Shown: in pieces, positions 35,718 to 44,940 of the stretch
How positions within the stretch are numbered: position 1 is the stretch's first letter
How the letters are laid out: each line of letters starts with the position of its first letter
Assembly: GCA_037447455.1 (NCBI GenBank)
Contig: JBBIGQ010000005.1
Location: forward strand, 84,888 to 148,887
Direction: 5' to 3'
DNA: 64,000 nt
From: Sphingobacteriaceae bacterium
GTDB lineage: Bacteria > Bacteroidota > Bacteroidia > B-17B0 > Aurantibacillaceae
The notes under the pieces: model-generated
Seen by the model: the letters and a program-made list of their open reading frames with translations, nothing else
Database searches by the model: none
What the model was told of the DNA's origin: nothing
Translations under genes and position numbers: made by a program

Positions 35718-37967
35718 TTATTCAAACCAGTCGTGTGATTTAAATTCAAAGTTTAGGTCGTTATTTTTATCGTATTTAGAGCAATCTAATTCTATATTAC
35801 TAAGATTGGGTGGCTTTGGAAAATCGCCTTGGTAGACATTTAATGTTTTATCGGCATATACTTTTTGAAAAAATTTAGCCCATATTGGCAATGCCATAGA
35901 AGCGCCTTGTCCCATTTCTAAAGTATTAAAGTGAATGCTGCGTTCATCTCCGCCTACCCAAGCGCCTGCTACCAGTTCGGGTGTAAGTCCAATAAACCAA
36001 CCATCTGAATTGTTTTGTGTGGTGCCCGTTTTGCCGGCAATGGGGTTTTTTAGACCAAATTTATATCGTAAGCGCACCCCTGTTCCATAATCGACCACGC
36101 CACGCATGAGTTGTATCATGATATAGGATTTTTCTTCGTTGAACACTTCGTTGGTTTTTGGTATAAATTGTTCCAACACTTTCCCGTTTTTATCTTCAAT
36201 TCTGGTAATAAATATAGGTTCAATATAGGTGCCTTTGTTGACAAAGCTGGCATTGGCGCCGACCATTTCAAAGAGCGATATGTCTGCTGTTCCTAAACAC
36301 AAGGAAGGCACTTCTGGTAATTCTGAGGTGATGCCTAATCGTTTGGCTAATTGCACAACAGCGTGAGGACCAAATTGCTTCATTAGCCAGGCAGAAATAT
36401 AATTGATGGAATTAGCTAAAGCATAGCGTAAAGTAACGAGTTTTCCGGTACCTTTTTCGCCGTCAGAATTATCGGGACACCATTCTCTGCCAAGGTCGTC
36501 TGTGATACAGGTTCTTACATTAGGCACCTGATAGCAAGGCGAATACCCTTCCTGAATAGCAAGCGCATAAACGAATGGCTTGAAGGTAGAACCGACTTGT
36601 CTTTTTGATGATTTGACGTGATCGTATTTGAAGTGTTTGTGATTAATGCCGCCTACCCATGCTTTAATGAAGCCGGTTTGTGGTTCCATAGCCATGAATC
36701 CGCATTGTAAAAAGGTTTTGTAATAGCGGATACTGTCCCATGGGGTTAATAGAGTGTCTTTTTCTCCATTCAGTGTGTAGATACGCATTGGAAACTTTTG
36801 GTGAAACGTTTTTAGTATTTCTTCTTCTTTCCATCCTTGCTTTTTTAATGCTTTATATCGGTCTGTTCTTTTGGCAGAGGTCAGCATAATATCTTCAATT
36901 TCTTTTTTGGTAAGGTTCCAGGCGAAAGGGGCATTGCGTTTGTTTTTACATTCTTTGAAAAAGGCCATTTGTAAATCTTTCATATGTTCTTTTACGGCTT
37001 CTTCTGCGTACTGTTGCATACGACTGTCAATAGTAGTGTATATTTTTAATCCGTCTTTGTAAAGATTGTATGGTTCTCCTGTTTCAGGGTTGATGTGATT
37101 TTTACACCATTCTTTCAGAAAATATTCCCGGATATATTCTCTGAAATAAGTAGCTAATCCTTCGTTATGACTTTCAGGATTAAATTTTAAACCAAGTGGC
37201 AATACAATTAATGAATCGTAATTTTGAGGGGATATAAAGCCGTATTTTTTCATTTGCGATAGCACAATATTTCTTCTTTTCAAGGCTTTTTCAGGGAAAC
37301 GGATTGGATTGTATAAGGAGGGGTTTTGTGCCATACCTACCAACATGGCGGCCTGCTGGATATTTAAACTGTCTGGTGTTGTGCTAAAGTATATTTTGGA
37401 AGCCGATTTAATGCCGACGGCGAGATTCAGAAAATCAAAACGATTAAGATACATTGTCATGATTTCTTCTTTGGTATAATTTCTTTCCAAACGAATGGCA
37501 ATAATCCATTCTTTTATTTTTCTCATTATTAATTGGGCTTTGTTTAATTTTTCTCTTGGGAACATCATTTTAGCTAATTGCTGAGTTAAGGTGCTGCCGC
37601 CGCCTTTGGAACTACCTGTAAATACGCCATAAGCAGAACGAAAAAGGGCTTTGATATCAATGCCACTGTGCTCATTGAACCGAATATCTTCTGTAGCTAA
37701 CAAGGCCTTGATGAGCCATGGATTCAGTTCTTTATATTCTGCATTAATTCTATTTTCAGCATAATATTTTCCTAATATTTTATTATCAGAACTTAAAATG
37801 ACTGTTGCGATATTGCTTTTGGGGTTCTGGAGTTCTTCAACGCTTGGTAGTTTTCCAAACAGATCTTTTGAAACTAAGAATGCTATTAAAAATAATAGGA
37901 GAAACGGTAACCAGACAATTGCCCATATCCATAATGGGGAAAAAGGTAATTTATCTTTATGAGACAT
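35718..37967 (-). CDS. Penicillin-binding protein 1A (bifunctional transglycosylase/transpeptidase)
   Basis: GT51 motifs EDIRFNEHSGID and GGSTLTQQLAK. Transpeptidase motifs STFKP, SINY (SxN) and KTGT. ATG at 37967 is preferred because the track's TTG start (37988) lies inside a -7 box. Confidence 0.9.
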   Translation of the reverse strand: MSHKDKLPFSPLWIWAIVWLPFLLLFLIAFLVSKDLFGKLPSVEELQNPKSNIATVILSSDNKILGKYYAENRINAEYKELNPWLIKALLATEDIRFNEHSGIDIKALFRSAYGVFTGSSKGGGSTLTQQLAKMMFPREKLNKAQLIMRKIKEWIIAIRLERNYTKEEIMTMYLNRFDFLNLAVGIKSASKIYFSTTPDSLNIQQAAMLVGMAQNPSLYNPIRFPEKALKRRNIVLSQMKKYGFISPQNYDSLIVLPLGLKFNPESHNEGLATYFREYIREYFLKEWCKNHINPETGEPYNLYKDGLKIYTTIDSRMQQYAEEAVKEHMKDLQMAFFKECKNKRNAPFAWNLTKKEIEDIMLTSAKRTDRYKALKKQGWKEEEILKTFHQKFPMRIYTLNGEKDTLLTPWDSIRYYKTFLQCGFMAMEPQTGFIKAWVGGINHKHFKYDHVKSSKRQVGSTFKPFVYALAIQEGYSPCYQVPNVRTCITDDLGREWCPDNSDGEKGTGKLVTLRYALANSINYISAWLMKQFGPHAVVQLAKRLGITSELPEVPSLCLGTADISLFEMVGANASFVNKGTYIEPIFITRIEDKNGKVLEQFIPKTNEVFNEEKSYIMIQLMRGVVDYGTGVRLRYKFGLKNPIAGKTGTTQNNSDGWFIGLTPELVAGAWVGGDERSIHFNTLEMGQGASMALPIWAKFFQKVYADKTLNVYQGDFPKPPNLSNIELDCSKYDKNNDLNFEFKSHDWFE

Positions 37968-37985
37968 ATAGTTTAAGCTAGGTTG

Positions 37986-37993
37986 CAAATGTA
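37986..37993 (-). promoter_or_regulatory. Candidate -7 box (TACATTTG) for PBP1A
   Basis: The reverse complement of caaatgta is TACATTTG. It lies 18 nt upstream of the ATG at 37967. Confidence 0.4.
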
Positions 37994-38075
37994 ATGTTAT
38001 TTATTGAATAATGATGGAGGTATTTTGTGTGTGATGAGTAACTGTTATTTTTATATATGGCAGAAAAAATATAAG

Positions 38076-38093
38076 TTCGGCTTTATAGACGAA
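38076..38093 (+). repeat. 18-bp direct repeat, copy 1 (TTCGGCTTTATAGACGAA)
   Basis: 17/18 identical to 38755-38772. Lies 43 nt upstream of the DUF3307-like ORF. Confidence 0.5.
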
Positions 38094-38136
38094 AAATAAA
38101 AAGTCCTATTTATCATTATATCTTTATATTCACATA

Positions 38137-38736
38137 TTGATTCACTTTGTTATACTTTTAATTATCTTAGGTTTAAATTTTTGGCTTACTTCTATATGTA
38201 TAGTTCTTTCTCATTTAGTTATAGATGTTCTAAAGGTTGAAATGAACAAGAAAGAAAATTTTAATCATGGGATATTGTTTTTTACTGACCAAATGCTGCA
38301 CATGATGGTTCTCTTGTCTGTAACGATGTATCACCACGATATAGGAGTTATTTTTTCAAGAATAAATTTGAATAAAGAATATTTTTATGTGGTGCTGGTG
38401 TGCATTGTGCTTATTACACAAGTGTCGTCAATAGTAGTTAAACATTTAATGAGTTATTGGAATTTATCCGATGATGCAAAAGATGATTCGCTGAAAGATG
38501 TGGGGAAGTACATAGGGATGTTAGAAAGATTGATGGTATTTGGTTTCATAATTTCTGGTCAAACCAATGCAGTAGGATATTTACTGGCAGAAAAATCTGT
38601 GTTAAGGTTTAACGATTTAACCATATCAAAAGATAGAAAGTTGACTGAGTGTATACTTATTGGTACAATGTTAAGTTTTTCAATTGCCATAATAGTAGCT
38701 TGGTGTTATTTGCTAATTATTAGATGCTTTCAGTGA
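38137..38736 (+). CDS. DUF3307-like membrane protein, possibly 5'-truncated
   Basis: 199 aa from a TTG start, with no nearby in-frame ATG. SHLVIDVLK and FFTDQMLH resemble the second and third conserved motifs I recall for DUF3307. The expected N-terminal HLxGDFxLQ-type motif was not found in the ORF or upstream. Confidence 0.45.
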   Translation: MIHFVILLIILGLNFWLTSICIVLSHLVIDVLKVEMNKKENFNHGILFFTDQMLHMMVLLSVTMYHHDIGVIFSRINLNKEYFYVVLVCIVLITQVSSIVVKHLMSYWNLSDDAKDDSLKDVGKYIGMLERLMVFGFIISGQTNAVGYLLAEKSVLRFNDLTISKDRKLTECILIGTMLSFSIAIIVAWCYLLIIRCFQ

Positions 38737-38754
38737 AAAAAGATTATTTAAAAA

Positions 38755-38772
38755 TTCGGTTTTATAGACGAA
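38755..38772 (+). repeat. 18-bp direct repeat, copy 2 (TTCGGTTTTATAGACGAA)
   Basis: 17/18 identical to 38076-38093. Lies 18 nt downstream of the DUF3307-like stop and abuts the stop of the convergent arginase-fold gene. Confidence 0.5.
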
Positions 38773-38773
38773 T

Positions 38774-39952
38774 TTAGAGATGGGAGATGCGAATGTAGGT
38801 TTGACACCATCTATCCGGGAGTTCGTCGTTCATAGCAAGTTCATAATCTTTTTGGGAGCAAGGGATCATAGTATGCCGCTCATAATTCTGAGTGAGATGT
38901 GGAGGGTAGGGGACTTCCATCCACCAGCGGCCGGTTTTATGACTTCTGATGAAATGAATGGTGTATTTACCACTGTGCATTTGAACTGTATAGGTTTCGT
39001 AATCCGGGTGGTTTTTAATGGGGTGGTCGTCTTTTCTATTAAAGACGCCTTCTATGAAAGACCATATCATCTGAGCAGAGAGATGTGCTGAAACACCGGA
39101 TTTGTCTAATGTTGGGTTGGTTTCATAAATTCCAATGCTGGAAAGTTTGTCGTTCATGCCGGCGTACCACATGATTTGACAGGCTTCTTCTGCACTTAAG
39201 CCATTGGGAGAGAAATGTTCTACCATTCCGCCGTCGTTTCTTTTTACGGAGCATAGGTCAAAAAAAAGTACATCGGAGTTACGAATCACGGGTTCCGCTT
39301 CTTCAATGTTACCACGAATAGTTCCCAAACGGTAGTATTCAAAGTATAAGTCGTCCATAAATTGAACATTGGCACCGCCTACAAAATAAGATTGATAAGC
39401 GAGATGTGCGTAATTGAATAAATAGTTAGGATCATGAAGGATTATTTTTCCGATGTAATTTTTATTATTTATTTTCTCTTCAATAGTTTTATTAAAGTCG
39501 ACATACGCATCTACGTTGCAGATGTTGATAATTCTTTCTAGTTTTTCGTACATTAAAAATTGGGCATACGCTATATCATTGCTTCCGCCGATTATCAAAA
39601 TAATTTTATCTTGTTTAAGAAGTTCTTCGCCAATTGTTTTAAGTGCTACGTAGGTATCTTTGATGGTATTGCCTTGTTTTATATTACCAATATCCGCAAT
39701 GTTATATTGGCTGATGTATGGGAAAAATGAGTAGAGATATTTTCTGATGGCATCAGGTGCATTAGCCGTTCCATGATTGACAATGGCTGTCCGATCTTCT
39801 TCAACTCCAATCAGTACAATTTTTGCTTTTTCAATATCCGGATAATGGTTTTCTGTGTGTATTTCCCATTTGTTCCCAAATTGATACTCATCTTTTACAG
39901 ATTCAAAACAACTTGGTGAAACAGGGGATAAAAAATCAATATAATCTTCCAT
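38774..39952 (-). CDS. Arginase/formiminoglutamase-fold protein with non-canonical metal-ligand positions
   Basis: 392 aa with HutG-like layout: KIVLIGVEEDRTAIVNHGTANAPDAIRKYL, IILIIGGSNDIAYAQF, NICNVDAYVDF, VLFFDLCSVKRND, IGIYETNPTLD. There is an extra ~80-aa C-terminal region. Confidence 0.7.
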   Translation of the reverse strand: MEDYIDFLSPVSPSCFESVKDEYQFGNKWEIHTENHYPDIEKAKIVLIGVEEDRTAIVNHGTANAPDAIRKYLYSFFPYISQYNIADIGNIKQGNTIKDTYVALKTIGEELLKQDKIILIIGGSNDIAYAQFLMYEKLERIINICNVDAYVDFNKTIEEKINNKNYIGKIILHDPNYLFNYAHLAYQSYFVGGANVQFMDDLYFEYYRLGTIRGNIEEAEPVIRNSDVLFFDLCSVKRNDGGMVEHFSPNGLSAEEACQIMWYAGMNDKLSSIGIYETNPTLDKSGVSAHLSAQMIWSFIEGVFNRKDDHPIKNHPDYETYTVQMHSGKYTIHFIRSHKTGRWWMEVPYPPHLTQNYERHTMIPCSQKDYELAMNDELPDRWCQTYIRISHL

Positions 39953-39957
39953 GTTAT

Positions 39958-40422
39958 TTAATTTGAAGTGGTGTTTCGCAGTTTATCTAAAAGTTGGTTA
40001 AGTAATTTTAATTCTTTATCATTTAATTGAACGAGTGTATTATGATAGTTTTCTAATTGGGGGGCTATTTTTTCAAGAAGAGTTATGCCTTGTTGAGTAA
40101 TTTTAATTTCAACTGCTCGTCTGTTGTTGGGATTAGTGGTTCGGGTCAATATATTTTTTTTTCGCATCCGCTCTACCACTCTTGATACATCTGAATTTTT
40201 GTCTAGCATTCTGTTTTTAATTTCTTTTAATGAAATGGCGTTGGGGTATTGGCCTTTGAGAATTCTTAATATATTATATTGCTGTGGTGTGATTTTAAAT
40301 GGGTTCATTAACGATTCAAATGTATGTTGAAAGTAGTTGTAGGTAAAAATTAAATTCACCAGGACTTTTTCTTTTTCTGATTTAAATGTTTTTTGTTTTA
40401 TTTCATCTTCTAATCGTTTCAT
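39958..40422 (-). CDS. MarR family transcriptional regulator
   Basis: 154 aa with a winged-HTH core ITPQQYNILRILKG...ISLKEIKNRMLDKNSDVSRVVERMRKKNILTR. Confidence 0.88.
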   Translation of the reverse strand: MKRLEDEIKQKTFKSEKEKVLVNLIFTYNYFQHTFESLMNPFKITPQQYNILRILKGQYPNAISLKEIKNRMLDKNSDVSRVVERMRKKNILTRTTNPNNRRAVEIKITQQGITLLEKIAPQLENYHNTLVQLNDKELKLLNQLLDKLRNTTSN

Positions 40423-40431
40423 TGTTTGGAT

Positions 40432-41217
40432 TTATTTAATGCAATGATTCACAATAATATATTCTTTGCAAAGCCAGAAGCATTTTGTAGCAGTAATAGA
40501 TACTTCCAGGCAATTGTTTTTTATTGTGTCTAATTCTGTTGTTTCCAGTGTGTTTAAGTCAAAAGCAAAGATATGATTGTCTTTTAGATAAAAAAGATAG
40601 GGATAATTTATATAAAAATTCTTTAAATCTTTCAGTGGTATGGTTTTAAGGTAAGCGCCATAAATATCAAATACTAATATCCCAATGTTTGGAGAATTTA
40701 AGTATAACTTACCGTTGTGTTCCATCATAAAGTTAGGAATAATGTTTATATCCAACAAGCGTTTCAGATTACCTGTACGGACGTTTATTTCCAGATTTTG
40801 ACTCCATCGGATGAGTTCGTTGTTTGCCTGATTGTATATCCAGAATCCGTTATTAAAAGAGGAACATACCAGCAAGCTTTGTTCAAAACCCAATTCACTC
40901 AATTCAATAGCAGGTCCGTTAGGAGAAAGTTGGCTATCTAAAAATAAAATTCTCTGAAAATCTTTGAAAAACAAAAGTACTCTTAATGTGTTTGAAGCAT
41001 CCATACTTTCAAGTGTACCGTAGGATTTTATACTGAATGTTTTTTCTTGTTTATTAGTAAAATATTTTGTGATAACATCGTTGTTAAGTGCATATATGTT
41101 GCCGATATTATCTACTAAAATTTTTTGTGCTTTTATGGGTAAAATAGAATCCTGTGCAAAGTTATCATTGCCGATAAAAAAAGTAATTGCTAGTATAAGA
41201 TGTTTAATTAGTTTCAT
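40432..41217 (-). CDS. Hypothetical secreted protein
   Basis: 261 aa from ATG 41217, with signal peptide MKLIKHLILAITFFIGNDNFAQ (the track ORF extends to 41286 inside the GH3 gene). Beta-rich repetitive composition. The start overlaps the GH3 stop by 14 nt. Confidence 0.55.
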   Translation of the reverse strand: MKLIKHLILAITFFIGNDNFAQDSILPIKAQKILVDNIGNIYALNNDVITKYFTNKQEKTFSIKSYGTLESMDASNTLRVLLFFKDFQRILFLDSQLSPNGPAIELSELGFEQSLLVCSSFNNGFWIYNQANNELIRWSQNLEINVRTGNLKRLLDINIIPNFMMEHNGKLYLNSPNIGILVFDIYGAYLKTIPLKDLKNFYINYPYLFYLKDNHIFAFDLNTLETTELDTIKNNCLEVSITATKCFWLCKEYIIVNHCIK

Positions 41218-42727
41218 GGATGATGGATAATAATTCTTCAGCGATTTTTCGGTTGTTGGATAATCGGGGTACTTTATGTTGCCCACCTAATTTGTTATGC
41301 TTTTTAAGCCATTCGTAAAATGTGTTTTTGGGAGCAGAAATGATTTGCGGCATTGCTAAAACATAGTTGTTATATCGTTTGGCCTCGTAGTCGGAGTTTC
41401 TTTCTTTAAGTGTATTATCAAGTATGTATGTAAAATAATTTAAATCTTCGGGAGGTGTTTCAAATTCAATAATCCATTGATGTGCGCCGGAAGATTCAGT
41501 CATAAAAAGAGGTGCTACGGTATAATCCACCATGCTTGCTTTTGTAACTTTACACGCTTCGGCAATTGCCATATCTGTATTATGTACCATCACTTCTTCG
41601 CCAAAAACATTGAGAAAATGTTTAGTGCGTCCTACTATTTTTATCCGAAATGGATGTAAAGATGTAAATTGAATGGTATCGCCTATTTGGTATCTCCAAA
41701 GTCCTGATGTAGTAGTAATTACTAAGGCGTATGTTTTATTCCGTTCAACCTCTTCTAAATTGATAACTTTTTTGTCTTGGGAATCAAAATATTCTTCTGG
41801 AATAAATTCGTAATATATTCCATAATCTAACATGAGCAGCATGTCGTCTGCATCTTTTCGGTCCTGGATAGCAAAAAAACCTTCAGAAGCGTTATAGAGT
41901 TGCATGAGATTTATAGTGCGGTTGCCAAATATGGTTTGAAAGTTTTTTCTATAAGGTTCAAAACTAACCCCTCCATGAAAATATACTTCCAGGTTGGGCC
42001 AAACGTCAGTAATATATTGGACATTCTTTTTTTCTATTATTTTTTTTAGTAAAACCAACATCCAACTTGATACTCCTGCGATGCTAAGAACGTTTTCGTT
42101 TTTCATACTTTCAGCGAGTAATTCAAGTTTTTCTTCCCATTCGTCCATGAGTGCAATTTCTGGGGCGGGTGCTCTGAAAAATTCTGCCCACAAAGGAAGA
42201 TTCTGAATAATAATAGCACTTACATCGCCATAATAGGATTTGTGATTTTCTGTTTCAAAAATTTTCCATGTTCCTCCTAAGGCCAGATTTTTTCCGGTAA
42301 AAAGCTGGCTGTTTTCATGATTACTAATGTATAAGGCAATCATGTCTTTTCCGCCATTGAAGTGACATTCTTCCAGTGTTTGTTCACTCACAGGGATAAA
42401 CTTACTTTTGTCGGTAGTGCCGCTGCTTTTAGCAAACCAAACGATATCAGCAGGCCATAAGAGATTTTGTTCTCCTTTTCTGTTTCGTTCAATATATGGT
42501 TTTAAGGATTCGTAATCCTGTAAAGGTATTTGTTCTTTGAATGTATCGTATTTGTCAATTTCTTCAAACTTATACTTTAGACCAAATTCTGTGTTTTTAG
42601 CAATGGTTACTAATTCTAACAGCCATTCGTTTTGGACTTCTATTGGATACTTAATAAATAATTCTATTTCATGTAGTCGTTTTTTTATTAGCCAGGAGGC
42701 GATTGAGTTGATGATGCTGATAGGCAT
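41204..42727 (-). CDS. GH3 family (auxin-responsive promoter family) acyl-acid amido synthetase-like protein
   Basis: 507 aa. AKSSGTTDKSKFIPV (adenylation P-loop-like), YNASEGFFAIQD, WRYQIGDTIQF and KVPRLSNNR match the bacterial GH3 pattern. Confidence 0.85.
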   Translation of the reverse strand: MPISIINSIASWLIKKRLHEIELFIKYPIEVQNEWLLELVTIAKNTEFGLKYKFEEIDKYDTFKEQIPLQDYESLKPYIERNRKGEQNLLWPADIVWFAKSSGTTDKSKFIPVSEQTLEECHFNGGKDMIALYISNHENSQLFTGKNLALGGTWKIFETENHKSYYGDVSAIIIQNLPLWAEFFRAPAPEIALMDEWEEKLELLAESMKNENVLSIAGVSSWMLVLLKKIIEKKNVQYITDVWPNLEVYFHGGVSFEPYRKNFQTIFGNRTINLMQLYNASEGFFAIQDRKDADDMLLMLDYGIYYEFIPEEYFDSQDKKVINLEEVERNKTYALVITTTSGLWRYQIGDTIQFTSLHPFRIKIVGRTKHFLNVFGEEVMVHNTDMAIAEACKVTKASMVDYTVAPLFMTESSGAHQWIIEFETPPEDLNYFTYILDNTLKERNSDYEAKRYNNYVLAMPQIISAPKNTFYEWLKKHNKLGGQHKVPRLSNNRKIAEELLSIIHETN

Positions 42728-42740
42728 TCAAAATAATTAG

Positions 42741-42813
42741 TAGCTCCGAAGGGATTCGAACCCCTATTTTCAGATCCGGAATCTGATGTTCTATCCAATT
42801 GAACTACGGAGCC
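42741..42813 (-). tRNA. tRNA-Arg (anticodon CCG)
   Basis: Minus-strand cloverleaf: acceptor GGCTCCG/CGGAGCT (G1-U72 wobble), D arm GTTC-AATTGGATA-GAAC, anticodon arm TCAGA-TTCCGGA-TCTGA (CCG = complement of 42777-42779), T arm AGGGG-TTCGAAT-CCCTT, discriminator A. Confidence 0.88.
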
Positions 42814-42826
42814 AAAAATTTGCCTG

Positions 42827-42834
42827 CGAATATA
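42827..42834 (-). promoter_or_regulatory. Candidate -7 box variant (TATATTCG) for tRNA-Arg and possibly the downstream GH3 operon
   Basis: The reverse complement of cgaatata is TATATTCG, a 7/8 match. It lies 13 nt upstream of the tRNA 5' end and just downstream of the rpsA terminator. Confidence 0.3.
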
Positions 42835-42853
42835 CAAGTCGTTTATCTGAAAT

Positions 42854-42888
42854 AAAAAAGAAAAAACCCCGATGTTTTTTCATCGGGG
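42854..42888 (-). terminator. Rho-independent terminator of rpsA
   Basis: On the minus strand: CCCCGATG, loop AAAAAA, CATCGGGG, then TTTTTTCTTTTTT. Confidence 0.85.
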
Positions 42889-42941
42889 CACCTTAAAAAC
42901 TAAAAACCATGGCGAGTTTTTAGCTTTAAGAATTTCAATGA

Positions 42942-44693
42942 TTAACTCTCTTTTTTCTTTTCAATTTTTTCTTTCAGGATATCGCCTAAAGTTGTTTTTT
43001 CAACACTTTCACTAATCTTCTTCAAATTTTCTTTAACGACTTCTTTTTCTTTTGCTTTTTCGTCTTTAAAAGTACGGGTATGAGAAACCACAATTTTTTT
43101 AGCGTCTTTGTCAAATTCTGTTACTTTAAAGTCCAATGTTTCATCTACTTCTGCCATTTTACCATCTTCTTTTACGAGTTGGCGAATGGGAGCAATACCT
43201 TCTACACCATAAGTTAAGCTCACAATTGCTTTTTTATCATCTTTAGAAATGATGGTACCTTTATGAATACTTCCTAATGTAAATACTGTTTCATAAACAT
43301 CCCAAGGATTTTCTTGCAATTGTTTATGGCCGAGTTTGAGTTGTCGGTTATTCGTGTCAATTTCAAGTACTACGATTTCTAATTCTTCTCCTTTTTTAGT
43401 AATTTCAGAAGGGTGTTTAATTTTTTTATCCCAAGATAGGTCAGAAATATGCACTAATCCGTCTACGCCTGGCTCTAGTTCAACAAATACGCCGTAAGCC
43501 GTAATGTTTCGTACCATTCCTTTATGTCTGGAGCCGACAGGATATTTTTCCATAATGTTGGCCCATGGGTCAGGCGTCAGTTGTTTCATTCCAAAGCTAA
43601 TTTTCTTTTCTTCCTTATCAAGTGTAAGGATCACTGCTTCTACTTCATCTCCTACTTTTACAAAGTCCTGTGCGGAGCGTAAATGTTGGTTCCAGCTCAT
43701 TTCTGAGACATGAATAAGCCCTTCAATACCCGCTGCAATCTCTAAAAATGCACCATAATCTATAACGGCTACAATTTTTCCTTTTACTTTATCGCCCACT
43801 TTTAAGTTGGGGTCTAAATTTTCCCATGGATGTGGTAATAATTGTTTGTAGCCCAACTGTATTCTTTTTTTATCATTATCAAAATCTAAAATAACCACTT
43901 GAATTTTTTGGTCTAATTTTACAATGTCTTCCGGGTGGTTGATTCGTCCCCATGCCAGGTCTGTGATATGTATCAAGCCGTCAATACCTCCTAAATCTAC
44001 AAATACCCCATAAGAAGTGATATTTTTTACAAGTCCTTCTAAAATTTGTCCTTTTTCTAATTTGGAGATAATATCGGATTTTTGTTTTTCAACTTCATCT
44101 TCAATGAGTGCTTTATGCGATACAACGACGTTTTTTAATTCTTCATTAATTTTTACAACTTTAAATTCCATTTTATTACCTACAAATGCATCGTAGTCCT
44201 TAATTGGTTTTACATCGATTTGAGAGCCCGGTAAGAATGCTTCTAAACCAAATACATCCACAATCAACCCTCCTTTGGTTCTGCATTTAATATAACCAAC
44301 GACTGTTTCGTTGTTTTCATGCGCCTGCACGACTCTACGCCAACTGCTGGATGCTCTGGCTTTTTTGTGTGAAAGTATCAATTGTCCTGTTTTATCTTCC
44401 ACCTTTTCAATATAGACATCTACTTTATCGCCTATTTTTAGGTCAGGGTTGTAGCGAAATTCACTAATGGGTATAACGCCGTCGGATTTATATCCAATAT
44501 TAACGATTACTTCTTTATCGTTTACACTCACCACTGTGCCTTCTACAACAGAATGGGCTTTAATAGAAGTTAATTTTTTCTGATAAACTTCATCTAATTT
44601 TTTTCTTTCGTCTGGCGTGTACCCTTCTTGTTTTTTGCTAATTTTTGACCAATCAAAATCGGTCAAGATGTTGTTTTGTTCTAATTCAGACAT
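42942..44693 (-). CDS. rpsA: 30S ribosomal protein S1
   Basis: 583 aa with six S1 OB-fold repeats (recurrent G.V..I..YGAFV.L..G..GL.H.S). Confidence 0.96.
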   Translation of the reverse strand: MSELEQNNILTDFDWSKISKKQEGYTPDERKKLDEVYQKKLTSIKAHSVVEGTVVSVNDKEVIVNIGYKSDGVIPISEFRYNPDLKIGDKVDVYIEKVEDKTGQLILSHKKARASSSWRRVVQAHENNETVVGYIKCRTKGGLIVDVFGLEAFLPGSQIDVKPIKDYDAFVGNKMEFKVVKINEELKNVVVSHKALIEDEVEKQKSDIISKLEKGQILEGLVKNITSYGVFVDLGGIDGLIHITDLAWGRINHPEDIVKLDQKIQVVILDFDNDKKRIQLGYKQLLPHPWENLDPNLKVGDKVKGKIVAVIDYGAFLEIAAGIEGLIHVSEMSWNQHLRSAQDFVKVGDEVEAVILTLDKEEKKISFGMKQLTPDPWANIMEKYPVGSRHKGMVRNITAYGVFVELEPGVDGLVHISDLSWDKKIKHPSEITKKGEELEIVVLEIDTNNRQLKLGHKQLQENPWDVYETVFTLGSIHKGTIISKDDKKAIVSLTYGVEGIAPIRQLVKEDGKMAEVDETLDFKVTEFDKDAKKIVVSHTRTFKDEKAKEKEVVKENLKKISESVEKTTLGDILKEKIEKKKES

Positions 44694-44784
44694 GATGTTT
44701 GAATTTGTATCAGGTATGTTAAGGGCATACCCGAGTAGTTAGTGATTGGTTAATATGCTCTTTCTCCCTTAAAAAAAGAGCAGG

Positions 44785-44792
44785 CAAATGTA
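44785..44792 (-). promoter_or_regulatory. Candidate -7 box (TACATTTG) for rpsA
   Basis: The reverse complement of caaatgta is TACATTTG, about 90 nt upstream of the ATG at 44693. Confidence 0.4.
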
Positions 44793-44917
44793 TGAAATAA
44801 ATGGCATTATTTCGTCATACGGAATGTGTTAAAAAAAATATTTTATTGATATTCAACAACTTATATTTAATTTTAAGAAATTTATAAGTGGTAGTAGTTG
44901 TATATAATGTTTTTGCT

Positions 44918-44925
44918 TATATTTG
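44918..44925 (+). promoter_or_regulatory. Candidate -7 box (TATATTTG) for the Gly-rich secreted protein gene
   Basis: Exact consensus, with TTG at 44898-44900 as a possible -33. The box ends 15 nt before the ATG at 44941. The track's TTG start (44923) lies inside this box. Confidence 0.4.
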
Positions 44926-44940
44926 GAAAAAATAATAAAT

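Noticed and set aside
44756-44782. 8-bp hairpin (TGCTCTTT/AAAGAGCA on the minus strand) in the rpsA upstream region, considered as a 5' UTR regulatory stem-loop
   Set aside because: It begins only about 3 nt after the candidate -7 box, so the predicted TSS would fall inside the first arm. It is probably not fully transcribed from that promoter.
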